46,014 bases of DNA from a virus (taxonomy: Duplodnaviria; Caudoviricetes). Below, one piece after another: positions 9,001-18,793 of this stretch. The position numbers were made by a program, and so were the translations under genes. Below the pieces are notes generated by a model. It searched no databases, was not told where the DNA came from, and saw only the letters and a list, made by a program, of their open reading frames with translations. Each line of letters opens with the position of its first letter. The stretch's first letter is position 1. The stretch spans positions 1 through 46,014 of IMG/VR virus record IMGVR_UViG_3300048851_000104; one strand, 5' to 3'.

Positions 9001-9964
9001 CGCCGTCGAAGTAGTACTTGGAGTACGCATCATTGAAAGAGTCGTCAGAGCGCACCAGCATACCAGTGTAGAAATTAAGTCGATTTTCAATCGTACCTCC
9101 AACACTTGCGGGGATGAAATCCTCATTCTTCGCCATCTGCAGCCCCGAGTCGGAAAGCTGCTGCATCAAGACGCGGAAGCTCTCGAACTCAGTTTGGTTG
9201 ATGGTTTGCGTCACCGGGTTGGTGAAGACCTTGGTTGCGTCGTTTACCCGAGCGATGGTCTGAGCACCTGTCGCCAGCCCGCCCGCATCAACGAAGGGTT
9301 CCGCAACGTCAGCGGATAGACCACCTGGGCGCGCCACTTGCGTCAGCTGCTGTTCGAAAAGCTCCCGTTCCCCCGGACGCAGTGCTGCCACTGCCCCGCC
9401 GAGGATACCCCCGAGGGCCGTTGATGCGGCGAGCCCGAAAGCAAGCTCACCTTCGGTCCGAGTTTCCTGATTAGCGTAAAGCGCGAGTTCCGAGGGCACT
9501 GCCCCGGCGAGCCCCGCAGCCGCGCCACGGGCTACCGCAGCAACGCCTCGACCCCCCGCAACGAAGGGGAGGAAAACCGTGGGACTTGCGAGGCCGGCGC
9601 TGACCGCTGCGGTGACACCGAGCCAGCCGGCGCGTGAGATCGTTTCCCGGTCAGCTTCCTGCTTCCGGATGCGCTGAATCTTGTAGAGCATCTCCTCCTC
9701 AGAAGACACGCCGAGGAACTGGTCCCGATAGTCCTCGAAAAGGCTCGATCGATTTTGCACGTCATAGTCACGAAGTGACTTGCCGATCTGAAAGCCTTCC
9801 TGCGGGGCAAATGCCGGACGCGACAGTGCGTCGAGCACGTTCGTCACGTCGTTCTCCATACGGAACGCCGCGCCGATCGTCTCGCTGAAGGTCGGCTCCG
9901 GGGCATCGACCTCAGGTGCGGTGAACTGGTTAAACCCGCGAGGTGTATCTTCAACGAAAGGCAT
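6017..9964 (-). CDS. Large internal virion (ejection) protein, T7 gp16-like position
   Basis: 1315 aa, helical/coiled-coil, Gly/Ala-rich hydrophobic patch near the N terminus, LYQFKSF motif; syntenic position. Confidence 0.75.
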   Translation of the reverse strand: MPFVEDTPRGFNQFTAPEVDAPEPTFSETIGAAFRMENDVTNVLDALSRPAFAPQEGFQIGKSLRDYDVQNRSSLFEDYRDQFLGVSSEEEMLYKIQRIRKQEADRETISRAGWLGVTAAVSAGLASPTVFLPFVAGGRGVAAVARGAAAGLAGAVPSELALYANQETRTEGELAFGLAASTALGGILGGAVAALRPGERELFEQQLTQVARPGGLSADVAEPFVDAGGLATGAQTIARVNDATKVFTNPVTQTINQTEFESFRVLMQQLSDSGLQMAKNEDFIPASVGGTIENRLNFYTGMLVRSDDSFNDAYSKYYFDGAVPRVAPNLRAEIGGALSGQKLSAAQFADEVSRAIWNGFQHEVPEVVKAAQAISKEVYEPLLKMAQEVQLFPDDVKVVGDEAYVNRVYNTQAIKLKTQEFIDILTRHYEQNLNQRFADELEKFKGKQAKQTTLAEDLARPESEVEELQEKFREELKALDENLPEEIQMLEEAIATNRATLRAMRQAENVSIADEATMKQLRQDIRDMEAASPQYAEVKGKRRELRQRLSNLNKAVVAVDARRAAKLEKIEKTEELELNSLMRVVSKAQTILKKLDRVSDKVLDKEVSALKTMFNRAGEVYDRGEERLVKLAADEDPDFHRIGAVEDVQETRAHRLNEISDRLETAENLDRDSLRAVLEDGLNEALVKVNNLNSRRVLRSQRLKEQVAKLDPKIVEQRLLDAQSAPMRAEGDFARRWETEYKASSVDLEKGVADFRDVAKEAARDVTDKITGTYLRLPYSEVMQMERGAELRRVLHIPSQQIAEFLDTDIRSLTRIYTRTLGPDIELKRKFGTLNASEWIAPASEERYAKIEALSKAPKPENMTQEAWEAKITKRTGEINDQFELHKRNVEAVVQRLRGTRGLPSDPDGFAYRAARTIMNLNVLRMMGMVTVSSLPDVGRPIMRYGLTRAFRDGFVPMINNLKGLKLTRHEARLAGVANDVSAHMRALAFRDVTDELYRGNALEKGVEWATNRMGVVALFDYWTQAMETISSSVANAKLMDALARVNTGEGIMPLKEAETFLAENGFDGVLAERAWDQVKMGGGGKVEGVWWPNTENWSDQEALRTYRAALSREVYKTIPRPGAERALLSDANMVGRMLYQFKSFGMSSMAKITMAGAQQRDMAALSGALASMGMGMLSYYLWAVATGGKSYEEMLNAGPGKWADEAISRSGILGNAGEVQRIAQTIPLFQPYSSFSGTRQTRRPGDDVVEALFGPSFDFVQNATGVISGIDQPTQGTLKQLRRLTPFQNAVGLREAIDAVEEALGSKLPERRTK

Positions 9965-12573
9965 CAGTCTCTCCCCGACATTGCGCCGATAATCGCACCG
10001 GCATTACCTGCGTTGCGGCTCTGTTCATCCAGCACCCGAAGTTCTTCTTCCGCCTGTGCAGCGGCCTCGACGTCTTCCGGCGGAATTTCGCCCTGGGCGT
10101 AGCTTTGCATCATGCGATAGTTGCTGATCGTTTCTTCGAGTTCGTACCTGCGGGCCTGCCAATCGTACTGCGCAGCTTCCTTAGCCTTAGCCTCTTCGGA
10201 GACCTTGAAGTTCAGTCGAAGTGGGCGGCCCTGATCGTTGTAGCGCTCACGGTAAACCCCACTCTCATCCTTCACGAAAACACGATAGCTCGGCGGCGCT
10301 GCATCAGCGTTTCGCTGGAAGGCTTGAAATTCCTGCCGTGTCTTTTCATCCGAGAAGAGATCGAACTCGGCGTCTTCCGGAAGCTGCAGGTCCTTTCGAA
10401 CGCTTTCATTGATCCAGTCGTAAGAACCAGCAACGGCTCGATACCCTACCTTCTCCGGCGGATACTTCATCAGGTCACTTCCGCCGCCGACCGAGGTCGT
10501 GCCCCACTCCCGCTGCAATTGCTTCTTCGCCAACTCCGCAGCGGTCTCCGCATTCCCGGTCTTCGAGAACGCCTCGACGAACAGCGCGTTGAACTCTCGA
10601 GAAAGGCTCTGCTTCGCCAGTGGAACGTTTATCGTCGCGCTCGAGCCGAAAACTGAGAACCCTGTGTCGAAGGTGTTGATTGCATCATCGAGGAGCTTCT
10701 GCCCCTGCGATACACCACCCTCACTCCGCGTCAGGAAATCACGCGCTTCTTTACGAAGGACGTCTTGCTCCTGCCGCTCCGCCTGCGTAGTCGCACCCCG
10801 TACACGGTTAAGGAGTTCGGCTTGATCCGTCGGCAGTGTCTTGATCGCATCCCAAAGTTCCACCTGCTGGGCGACATCACTCGAAACGCGCTGGTTAAAG
10901 GCGATCGGCGAAGCGTCTCGAAGTTGTGCGAAAGCGTCGAGGGCAAACATCATCTGTTGATTGTTCGAGCCTCGGATCATTCCCGCAAGTGTGCCGGCGA
11001 CATCAGTCGGGATATCACCCACCTGCGATACCATCGGAACGATATCAGAGGCGAAATATTGACGATCCCCCTCAGCAATACGAGCAAGGCCGTTGCCCTG
11101 CTTAACGACCGCGTTGAGCATCTTCTTATCGTCCGAGTCCGTCGGATCGAATGGGGCGCCCGCAGCCATCTTTGCCAGCCCGCCGAGGGCCAGGTTCTGA
11201 CTCGTGTCCCGGTCTTTCAGAATACCGAGGGCTTTGTTGACACTCTCGTAGTCGTCGAGGGTGCCGTCACCTCGCGCCGCATCGATATCGGCCTGACCCA
11301 ACTTACCATCGAGCAGTCCGAGGTACAGATTGTTCTGTGCGGCGTCCCGAGCGGCCTTCGCCTGCGCCGCAGTCTGACGCTGTTCTTCCGCGGCCTGACG
11401 TTCGGCATCGTTGAAGAGGGCGACCTTGTCCTCATAGGGGATCGACTCAAACCGAGGGTCGGTTTCGAGCGTGGCATTGCCCATCTTCCGCGAGGCCCAG
11501 GCACGAACCTCGCCCGCGGTCTTCCCCTCGAGGATCGACTTGTTCGCAGCGATCTGATCGGCGCCGAGGATTTGCGACACTGGCGTATCCGGCGAGGCCC
11601 GCCCAACAGCGATCGCCCCGGCTGGCCCGAGGAAGTGACCGAGGTAGACGTTGCCGTTCGTGGGGCTAACCCCCGCTTTGGCCAACGTCTCAGCATTTTC
11701 CTCGGCATACCGAGTGGTCATCTCGCGGCTGAGCGCCGGATCACGCTTCATCGCCAGAATTTCAGCGTCGGAACCCTGGATATCCGGACGGTACTTCCGC
11801 ATCATTCCGAGCCAGGTACTATCGATGAATTGGCCCAGTCCTTCGGCGGAAGAATTGGGGTTCTTTGCCGAGGCGTTTCCGCCAGACTCCACCCCAATAA
11901 TCCGATCGACCACTGAGGTGGGGTCGCCGATACCGAGAGCGCCTCGCGAGCCGGCGTCCCGCCGAACCTCGGCCTTGTACGTAACCGCGGCCAGTCCTAC
12001 TGTGGCCTGTCGCTGCAGTTCCGCCTTCTCGACCTCGGTGAGATCAGAGTTCTGGATGACTTCGAAGATACGCTGCTGCTCGGCTTCTAGAGCTTGCGGC
12101 GTTTGGTCGAGGACTGTCTTGGATTTCGAAAGCTCGTCGGAGATGCCCTGACGGAACCAGGCGTCGCCGGCTTCATACTGGAACTTCAGTGCGTCGTTCA
12201 GAATACCCTGGCGAGACTGCTGTGTGCGGAAGCGAAATTCTTCCTGCAAGTCCTTGGGAACATTCGGCAGCCACTGCTGTTCAAGTTCCGCATAGGTCGC
12301 ATTCGCGGTATCAACGAAACCCTTCCCGTCGGGGGAATAGTTGCGCTTGAGTTCGGTAAGTTTCGAAGCGACCTCGGTTTCGAACTGCGAGAAGCTACGA
12401 AGCGTGTTGAAGCGCTCGGTTTTCTCATTCCGCGCAGCGATCGTGGCCCCGAAGCTTTCCAGCCCCCGAGAAATAAGCTGCGCTCCCGCGCCGACGTTGC
12501 TGGCCCCTTGCGTGTAGGTCTGCTGCTGAAGTACCGGACGTGTCCGGCCTTGAGTAGGTGAAGGAACCTTCAT
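9964..12573 (-). CDS. Internal virion protein with lytic transglycosylase domain
   Basis: IIGVESGGNASAKNPNSSAEGLGQFIDSTW and YLGHFLGPAGA motifs within an 869-aa helical protein. Confidence 0.85.
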   Translation of the reverse strand: MKVPSPTQGRTRPVLQQQTYTQGASNVGAGAQLISRGLESFGATIAARNEKTERFNTLRSFSQFETEVASKLTELKRNYSPDGKGFVDTANATYAELEQQWLPNVPKDLQEEFRFRTQQSRQGILNDALKFQYEAGDAWFRQGISDELSKSKTVLDQTPQALEAEQQRIFEVIQNSDLTEVEKAELQRQATVGLAAVTYKAEVRRDAGSRGALGIGDPTSVVDRIIGVESGGNASAKNPNSSAEGLGQFIDSTWLGMMRKYRPDIQGSDAEILAMKRDPALSREMTTRYAEENAETLAKAGVSPTNGNVYLGHFLGPAGAIAVGRASPDTPVSQILGADQIAANKSILEGKTAGEVRAWASRKMGNATLETDPRFESIPYEDKVALFNDAERQAAEEQRQTAAQAKAARDAAQNNLYLGLLDGKLGQADIDAARGDGTLDDYESVNKALGILKDRDTSQNLALGGLAKMAAGAPFDPTDSDDKKMLNAVVKQGNGLARIAEGDRQYFASDIVPMVSQVGDIPTDVAGTLAGMIRGSNNQQMMFALDAFAQLRDASPIAFNQRVSSDVAQQVELWDAIKTLPTDQAELLNRVRGATTQAERQEQDVLRKEARDFLTRSEGGVSQGQKLLDDAINTFDTGFSVFGSSATINVPLAKQSLSREFNALFVEAFSKTGNAETAAELAKKQLQREWGTTSVGGGSDLMKYPPEKVGYRAVAGSYDWINESVRKDLQLPEDAEFDLFSDEKTRQEFQAFQRNADAAPPSYRVFVKDESGVYRERYNDQGRPLRLNFKVSEEAKAKEAAQYDWQARRYELEETISNYRMMQSYAQGEIPPEDVEAAAQAEEELRVLDEQSRNAGNAGAIIGAMSGRD

Positions 12574-13124
12574 ACCGTTACACTCCGTAGGCCATTCCAG
12601 GGATCAAGCCTGTTCGGGCTGCGAACACTGCGGGCGCCGCCAGCGAGACTGGGCTTAAGTTTTCCAGCAACGTCTAGCGCCCCGCCGATCGCAGCGCCAA
12701 ACATATTGCTCTTGGCTACCCGAGCTTCGCCAAGGAAATTTTCCCGCTGCTGCAGGAAGCCTTGGATGTTCGCGTTGCCCTGTTCGCGGATACGCTGGGC
12801 GTCAGTCCGCCCAAGCCGTTGAGCCGTGCGGCGAGTACGCAACTGCGAGCCTGACCCCAGGTTCAGTCCACTTCCGCCCTGAATGGCTTCCTGTTCACCA
12901 ACCAGTGCTACTGTTTGCTGGTCGGAGAGAACCTGTTCCTGCTGCGCCTGATCACTTGCCTTTTGAGCATTCTCAGCCGCAATCGAAGCATTGTTCTTCG
13001 CAACCTGCGCTTGGTAGTTCATCTGCCCGATGGAGCCGAGAGTACCGATGATACCCCCGCCGACCTGCAGCGCGGTACCAAGTCCACCACCAAGGGCGCC
13101 CGCCAGCGGGGCAAGGAAACTCAT
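12570..13124 (-). CDS. Small internal virion protein (T7 gp14-like)
   Basis: Gly/Ala-rich hydrophobic N terminus, Gln/Ala-rich helix; synteny. Confidence 0.7.
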   Translation of the reverse strand: MSFLAPLAGALGGGLGTALQVGGGIIGTLGSIGQMNYQAQVAKNNASIAAENAQKASDQAQQEQVLSDQQTVALVGEQEAIQGGSGLNLGSGSQLRTRRTAQRLGRTDAQRIREQGNANIQGFLQQRENFLGEARVAKSNMFGAAIGGALDVAGKLKPSLAGGARSVRSPNRLDPWNGLRSVTV

Positions 13125-13540
13125 AGAGGCCTCCTGTAAATTTCATAAGGGGTTTCCTCGAAGAGGAATTCTGTCCCGGTTGCACTATAGCCGAAGAAGC
13201 GGGCAAGCCTATCGGCGCCGCTGTCCAACTTGTTAATGTAAGTCTCCGTTCCTGGAAAAAGTCCGTCGCAGTAACGTCGGATCGCCCGATAATCGGAGAC
13301 TGAAATATCCCGCATCTTTGGAGAGACGAGCGCCCAAAGATGCGGATAGCTTACGAAGGAACTCTGATAAAGCCCGCCGATCAGGAGGATATCATCCCCC
13401 GCATAAACGGCCTTCATCTGCAATGACTTCTCAACCAGCGGACGCCAGTATTCTTCCGGCAAAGACTGCCGTTCAAACATTGACGTGGAGGTGAGATCAA
13501 TCTCCGGCAAATCTCGTATGTCCTCAATCCGAGTCATCAC
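13121..13540 (-). CDS. Virion assembly protein, GNAT-like (T7 gp13-like position)
   Basis: Sits between the nozzle and gp14-like genes; C-terminal RLARFFGY resembles the GNAT motif B. Confidence 0.55.
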   Translation of the reverse strand: MMTRIEDIRDLPEIDLTSTSMFERQSLPEEYWRPLVEKSLQMKAVYAGDDILLIGGLYQSSFVSYPHLWALVSPKMRDISVSDYRAIRRYCDGLFPGTETYINKLDSGADRLARFFGYSATGTEFLFEETPYEIYRRPL

Positions 13541-16316
13541 CCACCTCTATCTCAAATACAATACCGAGGAGTGTGGCGGGCAGCGGATTGTCCTGCACGA
13601 AATAAGTCTGACCGTTCTCATTCCATTCTGGGTCGATGAGCTGAGTGCGGACACCCGAGAACATCCGAATGGGCTCGCCCCAAAGTTCATTCGTGCGCTC
13701 CTTGGCCGCATAGAGAGACGTGAGGCTACGTCCGGTTTTCAACCCAACAGTATCATTAACCCGAGTGGCCACCCCGATAACTCGCTTACGGCGGGCCTCG
13801 ATAACTGCGTCTGATACTACAGGCGGAAGGGTTTGTGCCACGGCCTGATAAGCCAGCCCGATGTTAACCGTGGTCGCTGGAGTGTCAAGTGTTATACCCC
13901 CGCCCACGACAACCTTCGGGTTTTGAACACTTCCATCGGCCAGGATAGCGACGGTTTCACCCTCCAAATGCCAAAGTCCTGAAATGCTCGTGATGGGTGT
14001 GTCAAGTGTCCAAGTACCCGAGGCCTGTTCGAGCACCAGATTACTCGGGTCCTCGGAAAGAACGTCAGTGATCGGGCGAACAATCTCGGCCTTTATCTCG
14101 GTCGAGGATAGATACTCAGTTACAACTGCCTTACCCCCGCCCATGCGAAGAATTTTCCCCACGTCTCCGAGGGAAAAGACCCCGGCACTTGCGGTAAACG
14201 TGGCGACGCCTGAAGTTGCAGATGCCGTAAGCATAGCCGCGGGGTAGGTATGCCCCAGCCGCAGCCCCGCGTCCACGCAGAACGCATCTTCAACGAAGGA
14301 GAATTCCCTGGTCGACATGCGCTCGATAAACTTCGTCCAGCGCCCGTTAATGCGGCGCCGAACTACTACGTAGAGGCGATCAACGTTATCCTCCTGAATA
14401 ACCTTGCAGTCCTTGAACTGCCCCTTGGTTACGCCCCAGGTCCAGGCCCAAACCTTTTCCTCTTTAACAAAGGTGAAGTTCAAAAGCGCGCCGTCGCTGC
14501 GGACAGCGTGGACTATCTTATACGGGTTCTCAGCGAAGGCCCACGATGTGATGACTTTTTTCGAGGAAAAGAGATGGCTGCTGAGGATGGACTTGTCTTC
14601 GCCTGCGTAGACCTTCGCGAACTCGTTGTAGGACAGGAGCCGAACGCTGAAACCTTTGCTCTCATTGTAGAGGATATCGGTGCCAATCGGGATCGGCCCA
14701 ACCTTACTTACCCCAGTGTAGGTCTGCGGATCGGCAAGTGCGTTCGTGGGAGTTACCACGCCAGAGTTACCGCCGCTCAACTGCCAAATTCCAGCCCGCG
14801 ACATAAGAACCAAACCTCCGCGGGTTGGAATCATATGCAGGATGGGAGAGACTTCCTTCGAGTCGATCTCAAACTCATACGAGTCATTATCGAGGGTTAG
14901 TTCACTGTAGGTGAAATCGGAATATCTTCGCGGGCGGCTTCCCCAAACGGTGAGCGGGTCTTGGATGGTGGAGGCGTAAACCTGGCGCTGCTGGAAAACC
15001 GTAGACACGCCGGGGGTAAATCCCTCCGACGCGGATTTGGTAACTGTAGCCGTGGCGCCTGTGCCCCCGCTGAAAACCACAGTTGGATTTGCGTAATCGC
15101 TGCCGCCGGAGATTATCTTAACCGCGGTGATGGCCCCGGTGCTATCGACAATCGGGAAACCAACGAAGCCAGAGCCACTACCATCGGTGAGTGTCACCGT
15201 GTCATTTACACTGTATCCAGTCCCGCCGTCCGTGACCTGAATGAACTCAACCGAGTTAGCCACGAAGGGGTTCTTATTCACCGAGGGGGTCTTGGTGAAA
15301 TCGGGAATGATGTTGCTGTCGATGAACTGAGTTCCGACGGCCTTTCCAATGTAACCCAATTCCGCACCCTTCGTCAACTTCGTGCCATCACTAGCGACAG
15401 TCGATCGATAGACATTGTAGTACTGAGCGCCGTTGAAACGGTTCCAGTTTACCGTGACGAAACCTTCCGTCACCGTGTAGTTTACGATGTCTCCGAGATG
15501 GAATGGCACGGACATGAGGGTTTCACTGCCATCCTCAAGAACGGCAGTTACGCAATAGAGAACTCCGGCGTCCCCGGCAGCGGAAGCAACCGCGGTGATA
15601 CCGCTTACTCGGCTAGAACTAACCGCGGTGTTCTCTATGGAGAGTGTCCACTCCGCGTCGTCAATGCGGGTCAGGTTTCTGATCCGATAACGCGGGTGCG
15701 TGAAACGGAGAAGATCGCGCCACTGATCGACCTTGAGGTCTTCCAGCTGCGTTGAAACCCAGGGCGACTCCACGGTGTAGATGCGAGAAACATTTCCGCC
15801 CGAAACATACGCGCCTGAGGCGGCGAATGGCGTGAGGGTGGGAACCTCCAATACTGTGAAGGTATTGGTAGTTACGCTGGCGACCTGAAAGGTGCGGGTA
15901 TTGACATTGTTAAGACCGACTACTTCCGTAACCTTCACCCAGTCTCCAACGCTATAACCATGAGCAGCCGCCGTTACGGTGTCGCCGCTGAACGCGGTGA
16001 TGGTTTTGGGCGCCTCCAAAACATACGCGCCATCCTGGATGAAGCGGATGTAGTTGTGACCTACGAGAATGAGGTAGATGTTGGGAAGGTCCGGGGAGAA
16101 GCGGAAGTCAAAGAACTTCGTCTCCAGATCATCGTGCATGATGAAGTCGCAGAATTCAAAACCTGCGCGCGTGCTCAGCCCGCCACGATAATCGACGAAC
16201 CAATTCTTCGCGAGGGCAAGTCCCAAATCGTACTGCTCAAGGTCCGAACGACCGAACAGCGTGGGGGATACTTCGCCCCCAGTAAAAGCGTATTTGATGA
16301 TTTCGTTAGACACCAA
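13524..16316 (-). CDS. Tail tubular protein B / nozzle
   Basis: N-terminal FTGGEVSPTLFGRSDL...NW..GG..TRAG motif and FQQRQVYA; 930-aa beta-rich protein. Confidence 0.85.
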   Translation of the reverse strand: MVSNEIIKYAFTGGEVSPTLFGRSDLEQYDLGLALAKNWFVDYRGGLSTRAGFEFCDFIMHDDLETKFFDFRFSPDLPNIYLILVGHNYIRFIQDGAYVLEAPKTITAFSGDTVTAAAHGYSVGDWVKVTEVVGLNNVNTRTFQVASVTTNTFTVLEVPTLTPFAASGAYVSGGNVSRIYTVESPWVSTQLEDLKVDQWRDLLRFTHPRYRIRNLTRIDDAEWTLSIENTAVSSSRVSGITAVASAAGDAGVLYCVTAVLEDGSETLMSVPFHLGDIVNYTVTEGFVTVNWNRFNGAQYYNVYRSTVASDGTKLTKGAELGYIGKAVGTQFIDSNIIPDFTKTPSVNKNPFVANSVEFIQVTDGGTGYSVNDTVTLTDGSGSGFVGFPIVDSTGAITAVKIISGGSDYANPTVVFSGGTGATATVTKSASEGFTPGVSTVFQQRQVYASTIQDPLTVWGSRPRRYSDFTYSELTLDNDSYEFEIDSKEVSPILHMIPTRGGLVLMSRAGIWQLSGGNSGVVTPTNALADPQTYTGVSKVGPIPIGTDILYNESKGFSVRLLSYNEFAKVYAGEDKSILSSHLFSSKKVITSWAFAENPYKIVHAVRSDGALLNFTFVKEEKVWAWTWGVTKGQFKDCKVIQEDNVDRLYVVVRRRINGRWTKFIERMSTREFSFVEDAFCVDAGLRLGHTYPAAMLTASATSGVATFTASAGVFSLGDVGKILRMGGGKAVVTEYLSSTEIKAEIVRPITDVLSEDPSNLVLEQASGTWTLDTPITSISGLWHLEGETVAILADGSVQNPKVVVGGGITLDTPATTVNIGLAYQAVAQTLPPVVSDAVIEARRKRVIGVATRVNDTVGLKTGRSLTSLYAAKERTNELWGEPIRMFSGVRTQLIDPEWNENGQTYFVQDNPLPATLLGIVFEIEVGDDSD

Positions 16317-16995
16317 GCTCTCCTGCCGAGAAGAGATCTCCCATCGGGTAGAAGTACCGAGTTGTGCTCATTGCCCCGGTGTAACCCCGAGCGGCAATCC
16401 AAGAGGGGATCGTATCGAGGCGATCAACATCATCGTTCGCGACTTCTTCCCTAGCCTGCATGATGAGACTGTTCGCCTGCTCGAGCGCGTTACGGGCGCG
16501 AGATGCTTTGCCGTGCAGGGGCATAGCGATATGCGCTGCGAGCGCGTTGACGATGGCCATCTGGAGCCCGACATCCCACAAGCCGATTACCTCTTGGCGG
16601 CGGGTGTAACACAGGAGCGCCGAAGGCTCATTCGTCATGATAGCTTTTTTGTTGCCCGGGTAGGAACTCAGCGTGAAACGCTGAAACCCCGCCAAGTAGC
16701 GGGGTGCAAGCATATCCTGGGGAACGCCGTAGGCGTAAGCGTACTCGGGATCGGGATCATCCGCCACCCAGTTTTCATTCGTATCCCGCTCTTTCAGCAA
16801 AGCAAGGCGGGACCAGGCCCTTGTACTGGGCCAGGGTGCCGCGCGAAGCACCCGATCTCGAACCGGACCGAACCACAGGCGGCAGATCTCAGCTTCGCGC
16901 GACTCTTCCGAAGGCAGTGCCACGTTACTGCGAGTCCCGACCGAGCTCAACGCAAGATTATAGATCGAAACTTCATCAGTAATCATGACACCCAC
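16306..16995 (-). CDS. Tail tubular protein A / adaptor (T7 gp11-like)
   Basis: VSIYNLALSSVG...VLRAAPW...YAYAYGVPQD...LAAHIAMPL pattern; synteny. Confidence 0.85.
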   Translation of the reverse strand: MGVMITDEVSIYNLALSSVGTRSNVALPSEESREAEICRLWFGPVRDRVLRAAPWPSTRAWSRLALLKERDTNENWVADDPDPEYAYAYGVPQDMLAPRYLAGFQRFTLSSYPGNKKAIMTNEPSALLCYTRRQEVIGLWDVGLQMAIVNALAAHIAMPLHGKASRARNALEQANSLIMQAREEVANDDVDRLDTIPSWIAARGYTGAMSTTRYFYPMGDLFSAGELGV

Positions 16996-16998
16996 CTT

Positions 16999-17280
16999 TT
17001 AGATTTTGAGGTCAGACTTCTTCACCGTTGCCGGTACTTCCACCTTGGCCTCATTGGCCTTCTTCTCCGCGATCTCCGAGTCTTCCTCGATGTTACGGAG
17101 CTTATCGACTTCGACGAAATCGTCGCCGTCCTTCACGAGTGCCGAAGAGGGAAGCTGTTCGAGCGCCCTCTTCGGGAGGGTGTGCGGGTTGTCCTGCGGA
17201 CGCAACAGCCGGGCACCGGAGTACCAGTCGTTGCGAAGCTGAACTTCGATGGTCGAGGGGTTCTTGTCTTCCTTGGTCAT
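16999..17280 (-). CDS. Hypothetical small virion-associated protein
   Basis: Fills the gap between the cement and adaptor genes, with consistent codon usage. Confidence 0.65.
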   Translation of the reverse strand: MTKEDKNPSTIEVQLRNDWYSGARLLRPQDNPHTLPKRALEQLPSSALVKDGDDFVEVDKLRNIEEDSEIAEKKANEAKVEVPATVKKSDLKI

Positions 17281-17283
17281 GGC

Positions 17284-17766
17284 TTAGAACCCTGTGTTGG
17301 CGCCGTAGACCTTACGGCTGATGGCATCGGCAGCGCAGAATGCGTTGACGGTACCCGCAGTCGTCGTGGTCGTGCCGACGGTGACGAGAACTCCGAGATA
17401 CCGTTCGTAAACGGCGCCCTCGGACGGAAGAGCCACGCAAGCGATGATGCCGCCTGCGTTAAGCCGCTTGTCGTTCGCAGCCGCATCGTCGGTGACGATG
17501 TTACCCGAGTCCCAGTGGACGGTTGCGGAACCGTCGGTCGCGATTGCGGCCTGGGCGTCGGAAACGAGCTGGAATCGGATCGTGCCGGCAGTACCGCCGG
17601 TGATGATCTCCGTGCCGGTCGTGATGATGAAGTAGGTTTCGTTGCCGAGACCGACATCACGCTGCGGAGTCTGAAGGTCGACCACGTCTCCAAGGAGGGT
17701 GGTGCCTGCAGCCGCCGCTACGGAAAGATTGTCAGCGAATTCCAGGAAATCGTCCATGATTGCCAT
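17284..17766 (-). CDS. Capsid cement/decoration protein (Bbp16-like)
   Basis: MAIMD..LEF, beta-rich, YERYLGV...TAGTVNAF; directly after the MCP, with an AGGAGG RBS. Confidence 0.75.
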   Translation of the reverse strand: MAIMDDFLEFADNLSVAAAAGTTLLGDVVDLQTPQRDVGLGNETYFIITTGTEIITGGTAGTIRFQLVSDAQAAIATDGSATVHWDSGNIVTDDAAANDKRLNAGGIIACVALPSEGAVYERYLGVLVTVGTTTTTAGTVNAFCAADAISRKVYGANTGF

Positions 17767-17778
17767 TGGATCACCTCC

Positions 17779-18792
17779 TTAGGTTGCCGGCACGTAGGCT
17801 TCATCAGCCTTGAGTGCGTCAGCGCGTTTGATGGGAACACCGTTGAAGTCCTGGCGCATGACACCGCCGACATTGTCGATGGTGAGCGTGGAATTCTTGA
17901 CGGCGTTGGCGGACTGCTGGCGCAGCTTGGTAATGATCGCTCGGGAAGCGTAGAAGACCGGGGTCACGCCGCCGAGAGACTGGATGCGCTCGAGCGCCTC
18001 GAACATAAGGTTCGGAAGGTTCGGGCCGGTTGCTGCGTCGGAGGTGAGGGCTGCCTTGGAGATGTTGGCGATGCGAACCACGTAGCGCCAATCACGGACT
18101 ACGAGGCCCATGTCCCAGCGGTAGTGCGTGCGATAGCCTTCCATCCGACCGCCCTGACCGTCGGCGTTTTCGATCGTGACCTGACCCTTGTCGGTGATCT
18201 GGAGGCCGGCGTTCGAGCCCTTCGGGATGATACCGTGGACGGTGTTGGCTCCCCAGCCGACGAGCCAGATGGACTGGTTGTCCGTGGTCGGCGCGCCGTC
18301 GTTACCAGCATTGATGATGTTGGCGCCGGAGACTGCGGTGCGATCGGAGTAATGCGGGGTGAGTCCGGTGAAGGCTTCGGGCTGCGAACCTTCGTTGCCG
18401 TAGAAGATGGTGCGTTCAGCTTCCTGACGCATACCTTCGACGTGACCCCACTCCTCCGTCATCCGCCAGGTTGCTTCGTTGCCGTTGAGGTCGGCGAGGG
18501 CCTTGTCAACTTCAGCGTAGGCTTCCATCATACCGGTGTTAGCGGTGATCTGGGCCGTGGTGGATTTCGTCGGCTGGACGCCGCCGTTGATCTTACGCCA
18601 GGTCGGCGTGGGGATACCGGTCCGCACCGTGGTGCGATGGCCGGTGGGAAGGTTGCCCTCCTGGAACGTCATGTCCTGGAGGATGGGCAGTTCCTGCTCG
18701 AGCAGTTCCACGATCTCAGCGATATTCCCATCGGGGTCTGTACGCTTGGAGAGATCGAGAAGTGTCGGGCGCGTGGTTGGCAATACAGCCAT
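17779..18792 (-). CDS. Major capsid protein (BPP-1 Bbp17-like)
   Basis: TLLDLSKRTDPDG...EGNLPTGHRTTVRTGIP...WDMGLVVRDWRYVVRIANI...FNGVPIKRADAL. Confidence 0.9.
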   Translation of the reverse strand: MAVLPTTRPTLLDLSKRTDPDGNIAEIVELLEQELPILQDMTFQEGNLPTGHRTTVRTGIPTPTWRKINGGVQPTKSTTAQITANTGMMEAYAEVDKALADLNGNEATWRMTEEWGHVEGMRQEAERTIFYGNEGSQPEAFTGLTPHYSDRTAVSGANIINAGNDGAPTTDNQSIWLVGWGANTVHGIIPKGSNAGLQITDKGQVTIENADGQGGRMEGYRTHYRWDMGLVVRDWRYVVRIANISKAALTSDAATGPNLPNLMFEALERIQSLGGVTPVFYASRAIITKLRQQSANAVKNSTLTIDNVGGVMRQDFNGVPIKRADALKADEAYVPAT

Positions 18793-18793
18793 C

